Shown here one piece after another: positions 28,372 through 32,000 of a stretch of DNA of 32,000 nt. The stretch comes from Demequinaceae bacterium (GTDB taxonomy: Bacteria > Actinomycetota > Actinomycetes > Actinomycetales > Demequinaceae), in the NCBI GenBank assembly GCA_965250005.1, contig OZ252279.1, positions 690,001-722,000 of the forward strand, written 5' to 3'. Each line of letters begins with the position of its first letter. Position 1 is the first letter of the stretch. The notes below the pieces were generated by a model. It ran no database searches. It was not told the origin of the DNA and worked only from the letters and a program-made list of their open reading frames with translations. The translations under genes were made by a program, and so were the position numbers.

Positions 28372-28613
28372 GAACTAAACCCAGGCCAAATCAATCCCGC
28401 AACTCCTGCGGATACTTCCTCGATGCTGGCATGACTCCCATCCTTTCGGGAAATCAGACCCTCCACCAAACCCGAGGCGATTCAGTTGGCTCCATGTTCC
28501 TACGTAGCGGGGCTTACACACTTGCCTGCAGGCGTGCGCGATTCGTTCGCGATCGCGACTGAATCCACCGAACCACCAGCCATAGCCGTCGCCCCTTGTG
28601 CAGAAATGGGTAA

Positions 28614-28633
28614 CGGGCCCCCGAAGGGGCCCG
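28614..28633. other. GC-rich hairpin CGGGCCCC-CGAA-GGGGCCCG in the cas9 upstream leader
   Basis: Read directly. It has a perfect 8-bp stem and a 4-nt loop. It is followed by CCTCATTTGG on the + strand and by TTACCCATTTCTGC on the - strand. Confidence 0.5.
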
Positions 28634-28783
28634 CCTCATTTGGTGCAGTCCTGTCTAACAACAGTTCTACTTGTTAGCGTCAGGGCGCATTTCCCAGAAC
28701 GATAGTTGTTTCGCCAACATAACATGTGTCAGACATCCAGGCTACGGTCGAGTAGATCCACAAGAGTTCTGAAAGGGACTGAC

Positions 28784-28835
28784 ATGACCGTACAAGCAAA
28801 TGCACCCCTCAAGTACCGGCTTGGGCTGGATGTTG
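28784..28835 (+). pseudogene. cas9: cas9 5' fragment (codons 1-17 plus one base)
   Basis: ATG 28784 after GAAAGGGA. Product: MTVQANAPLKYRLGLDV(G), the start of the RuvC-I motif. It is cut by IS-C at 28836. Confidence 0.85.
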
Positions 28836-28868
28836 GGGGCTGGTGCAGGAACTGGTGACAGTTCGGGT

Positions 28869-29744
28869 TTAGGCCGCGAGGGCCATTTGTGTGTTCATGA
28901 TGGTCTCGTATTCGATGGGGGTCAAGCGTCCGAGTCGGTCTTGTCGGCGGCGGCGGTGGTAGGTGCGTTCGATCCAGGTGATGATCGCGATGCGGAGTTC
29001 CTGGCGGGTGTCCCAGCGTTGCCGGTTCAGGACGTTTTTTTGGAGCAGGCTGAAGAAGGATTCCATTGCGGCGTTGTCGCCGGCGGCACCTACTCGACCC
29101 ATGGAGCCGACCATGCCGTGACGGTTCAGTGCGTGACCCATTTTGCGGGAACGAAATTGAGATCCCCTATCGGCGTGCAGGATGCATCCAGTGACGTCGC
29201 CGCGGGACGCGACGGCGTTGGCCAGGGCGTTCACAGCCAACTGGGCTTGCATTCGGTCACTGAGTGAGTAGCCGACGATGCGGTTCGAGTACAGGTCCTT
29301 GATGGCGCACAGGTAGAGTTTGCCTTCACTGGTGGGGTGCTCCGTGATGTCCGTCAGCCACACCTGATTTGGGCTCTGGGCGGTGAAGACACGTTGCACG
29401 AGGTCATCGAACACGGGTGGACCGGGTTTGCCTGCCTTGCCTCTCTTGCGACGCTGTGTCGTTGACACCAAACCCGCCTGCGACGCCAAGGACCATGCGG
29501 TCCTGCGCACCATCGGCCATCCGGCTACCACGGCCTCGTCCGCGAGGAACCGGTAGCCGAACTCTGGGTCGTCACGGTGCGCGTCAATGAGCGCGTTCAT
29601 GCGATGCGCTTGCACCCAGTCCAATGCCGTAACTGGTTCGCTTCGCCACCGGTAGTACGGCTGGCGAGCAATCTTCAGCACCCGACACGTCACCGCGACG
29701 GGAACACCGTCGACGGCCAGCTCGCGGACGAGCGGGTAGATCAT
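28869..29744 (-). CDS. IS3-family transposase orfB (DDE)
   Basis: VWLTDITEH, ILHADRGSQF, AGDNAAMESFFSLLQKNVL. Confidence 0.9.
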   Translation of the reverse strand: MIYPLVRELAVDGVPVAVTCRVLKIARQPYYRWRSEPVTALDWVQAHRMNALIDAHRDDPEFGYRFLADEAVVAGWPMVRRTAWSLASQAGLVSTTQRRKRGKAGKPGPPVFDDLVQRVFTAQSPNQVWLTDITEHPTSEGKLYLCAIKDLYSNRIVGYSLSDRMQAQLAVNALANAVASRGDVTGCILHADRGSQFRSRKMGHALNRHGMVGSMGRVGAAGDNAAMESFFSLLQKNVLNRQRWDTRQELRIAIITWIERTYHRRRRQDRLGRLTPIEYETIMNTQMALAA

Positions 29745-30040
29745 TTTGGGTGGCCACCGAGTTTGAGATTGGCCTGCGACAAGTAAGCGGCCGCACGCCG
29801 CAAAACCTCGTTCTCTTGCTCGAGCAACCGATTACGCCGACGCAACTCCCGCACCTGTTCGGCTCGCTCACGGCTCACACCAGGTTTGTCACCGTCCTCG
29901 ATGTTGGCTTGACGCAACCAATTCGACAACGTCGCATGCGAGATCCCGAAATCCTCGGCAATCTGCTTCTGAGACGCCTCACGGCGCCGGGCAACCGCAA
30001 CCACGTCACGGCGAAACTCCTCAGGAAAAACTTTAGGCAT
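29741..30040 (-). CDS. IS3-family transposase orfA
   Basis: ORF 29741..30091 trimmed to ATG 30040, with GGAAGGA upstream. Product: MPKVFPEEFRRDVVAVARRREASQKQIAEDFGISHATLSNWLRQ...RRNRLLEQENEVLRRAAAYLSQ. Confidence 0.85.
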   Translation of the reverse strand: MPKVFPEEFRRDVVAVARRREASQKQIAEDFGISHATLSNWLRQANIEDGDKPGVSRERAEQVRELRRRNRLLEQENEVLRRAAAYLSQANLKLGGHPK

Positions 30041-30112
30041 AACAACATCCTTCCACCAAGACCCTCCCAGGTCCCAGAAGTCAGTTGTCACCTATCCCTG
30101 CACCAGCCCCTT

Positions 30113-32000
30113 GGGACTGGATCCCTGGGGTGGGCCGTTCTCGCTTTGGATGAGGACGGCAAGCCGTTTCGCATTGAGCGCATGGGCTCGCGGATATTTG
30201 GCACCGGGCGCAAACCGAAGGACAACACGTCGCTTGCGGCGGATCGCACGCAGGCTCGGTCGATGCGCAGGCGCCGCGATCGCTATTTGCGCCGCCGAAA
30301 TATGACGATCAACCAGCTCGTCGCGGCTGGTCTCATGCCTGAAGACAAAGCAGCTCGCAAAAAGTTGGTTTCGCTTCACCCCTTCCGGCTACGTTCTGAA
30401 GGTCTGCACAGAGAGCTAACGTTGCATGAGCTGGGCCGGGCGCTCTTCCACTTGCAGCAACGTCGGGGGTTCAAAAGCAACCGCAAGGCGGACAAGGGTG
30501 ACAGCGATTCGGGAGCCATGAAGACGGCAATTCTGGACACTCAGTCCCGAATTCCTACTGGGGAGACAGTGGGCTCTTATCTTTGGGCACAGATTCTGGA
30601 GGGCGAGAGCGCGCGTGCGAGGCGGCGCGGCGAAGGAGCAAAGGCCACCTATGACTTCTACGTGAACCGCCAGATGGTTCAAGAAGAGTTCGACGCATTG
30701 TGGGAGTCTCAGAGACGGTTTCACCCCGAAGAGCTCGACCAAGAAGCGTATGACGCAGTCCACTCCGCCATCTTCTTTCAGCGGGCCCTCAAGCGGGTCC
30801 AGGTGGGCAAGTGCTTCTTCGAGCGTGAAGAGGAACGGGCGGCCGATGCGTTGCCGTCATCGCAACTGTTCCGGCTGTATCAGGAGGTCAACAACCTCAT
30901 GGTCCGCGATCACGATGACGCAACACTGCGCCTTCGACCTCTCACGCGAAACGAGAGGGATAGGGCCATCGAGTACCTCGGCGCGATCAAGGATTCCACC
31001 TTTGCGAAACTCGGCGAGAAGCTCTTCGGCAGGGCGTCTCGGTTTGAATTCAATCTTCAGGCGGGTGAACGCTCCAAGATCAAGGGAAACGACGTCGCCA
31101 GCACTCTCAAGGGGAAGAAGGCATTCGGGCCTTCCTGGTTCACCCTCCCCTTGGATCAGCAAGATGAAATCGCTCAAAGAATTGAAGACGTGGAGTCTGA
31201 AGCGGACGAGGAGGGCCTGGCGTTCTGGCTCCGCGAAGCCCACGGACTATCCCCCGACAACGCGCATCACGTCGCCACCAAAGTGAACTTGCCCGACGGC
31301 CACCGCCGCCTGAGTTCAAAGGCGATCGGCAAAATACTCCCGCACCTCAGTGACGGTTGGGATGAGGAGCATGGTCGCGCGCTCCGGTACAGCGACGCGG
31401 TGGAGCAGGTTGACGAGCCAAACTACCGGAGCCACAGCGAGCAGCACACCGGGGACCTCTTTGAGCATCTCCCCTACTACGGGAAGATTCTCCACCGGTA
31501 CACCGCAGACGTACCACGGCGTGAAGATGAGGCCGTACAGAAAAACACCGACGCGAACGAGTGGGAGTACGGACGCATCGCGAACACCACGGTCCACATC
31601 GGCCTGAACCAGATCCGCAAGGTGGTCAATGCCCTCATCAACGCGTACGGCCTCCCGGCCGAGGTCCACGTTGAAGTAGCCCGCCACCTGGGACAGAGCC
31701 GCGAAGCGCGCATCGAAGACTCAAAGCGGAGGCGCGAAGGGGAGGAGAACAACGAACGGATCCGCGAGATTCTTGAGGATCTGGGAGTCAAGGACAATTA
31801 TGACAACCGCACGCGCGTGAAGTTGTTTGAGGAGCTTGCACCGCTTAGCCACCGGTGCATATTCACTGGCATCCCAATAGCGCGTGCGCGCATGTTCACC
31901 AACGACTACCAGGTGGATCACGTGTTGCCGTATTCGCGGACTCTGGACGACAGTTACGGCAACAAGATCTTGATTCACCACACCGCGAATCAGTTCAAGG
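30113..32000 (+). pseudogene. cas9: cas9 3' part (about 629 codons, continues past the window edge); type II, II-C-like architecture
   Basis: Missing from the ORF track because it has no stop in the window. Hand translation: GTGSLGWAVLALDEDGKPFRIERMGSRIFGTG, RTQARSMRRRRDRYLRRRN (Arg-rich bridge helix), HELGRALFHLQQRRGFKSNRK, IANTTVHIGLNQIRKVVNALINAYGLPAEVHVEVARHL (RuvC-II) and YQVDHVLPYSRTLDDSYGNKILI (HNH; D-H at 31916-31921, N-K at 31961-31966). Confidence 0.88.

Larger units (their letters stand above)
27090..28393 (+). mobile_element. IS-B: intact IS3-family insertion sequence, 1304 bp, 3-bp ATC target duplication
   Basis: IRL is TGATTTGGCCTGGGTTTTGTTCC (27090-27112). IRR reverse complement is TGATTTGGCCTGGGTTTAGTTCC (28393-28371), a 22/23 match with TG...CA termini. 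ATC occurs at 27087-27089 and again at 28394-28396. orfA and orfB are in the 0/-1 arrangement. Confidence 0.92.
26303..28484 (-). mobile_element. IS-A: internally deleted IS3-family element (about 875 bp of its own sequence) interrupted by IS-B
   Basis: Terminal repeats are TGAATCGCCCCGGGTTTAGTGGAGGG (26303->) and the reverse complement of 28484<-, TGAATCGCCTCGGGTTTGGTGGAGGG (24/26 match). orfA is split by IS-B. Joining 28432-28394 to 27089-26799 gives MPASRKYPQELRDRAIRFVSEAMSQEV...RELKRANDILFAASSFFARELDPRLPF. orfB retains about 135 N-terminal codons and the last about 20 codons (HLYYRENTPHEQPLLGEPALH*). The flanks are CTC on the left and GTT on the right, so there is no duplication. Confidence 0.8.
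28836..30110 (-). mobile_element. IS-C: intact IS3-family insertion sequence, 1275 bp, inserted in cas9
   Basis: Ends are GGGGCTGGTGCAGGAACTGGTGACA (28836->) and the reverse complement of 30110<-, GGGGCTGGTGCAGGGATAGGTGACA (22/25 match). TTG occurs at 28833-28835 and again at 30111-30113. Because of the G run the duplication could be read as 3-5 bp (TTG to TTGGG). orfA and orfB are in the 0/-1 arrangement. Confidence 0.88.

Noticed and set aside
28486-28677. A 63-aa ORF in the cas9 leader.
   Set aside because: It has weak third-position G/C bias compared with genuine genes here, a TTG start directly at the IS boundary and no SD. It spans the GC hairpin. A minus-strand frame here (…GDGYGWWFGGFSRDRERIAHACRQ…) lacks a start codon and could at most be a gene remnant.
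30092-31981. Nine ORFs of 64-178 aa on both strands in the last 1.9 kb.
   Set aside because: All are off-frame or antisense to the open cas9 frame, which carries the bridge-helix, RuvC-II and HNH motifs.

Overview
This is a high-GC actinobacterial chromosome segment, judged by eye from codon third positions and gene content. Positions 1-26.3 kb are conserved core. They hold two uncharacterised envelope proteins, one of which runs off the left edge and is missing from the ORF track. Then come RNase P RNA, yaaA, and an RNase H / histidine-phosphatase / zinc-ribbon / Nif3 cluster (same order as M. tuberculosis Rv2228c-Rv2230c). These are followed by a K+ channel, tRNA-Val, DUF3052, aceE, and the fatty-acid synthase II operon with its PucR-type regulator (fasR/mabR-like, fabD-fabH-acpP-fabF). 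The core ends with a lipoprotein esterase, DUF3145, def, an NAD(P)HX dehydratase, a GNAT, DUF1905 and amt. Positions 26.3-32 kb are accessory, with three different IS3-family elements packed in front of and inside a cas9 gene. IS-A is internally deleted, keeps both terminal repeats, has no target duplication, and abuts a 5'-truncated mpaB/DUF2236 gene. IS-B is intact (1304 bp, ATC duplication) and sits inside orfA of IS-A. IS-C (1275 bp, TTG duplication) splits cas9 two codons after the RuvC-I catalytic Asp. The cas9 3' part runs off the right edge, so it is also missing from the ORF track. No cas1, cas2 or CRISPR array is visible in the window. Family assignments come from motif recognition in the translations, because no database search was possible.
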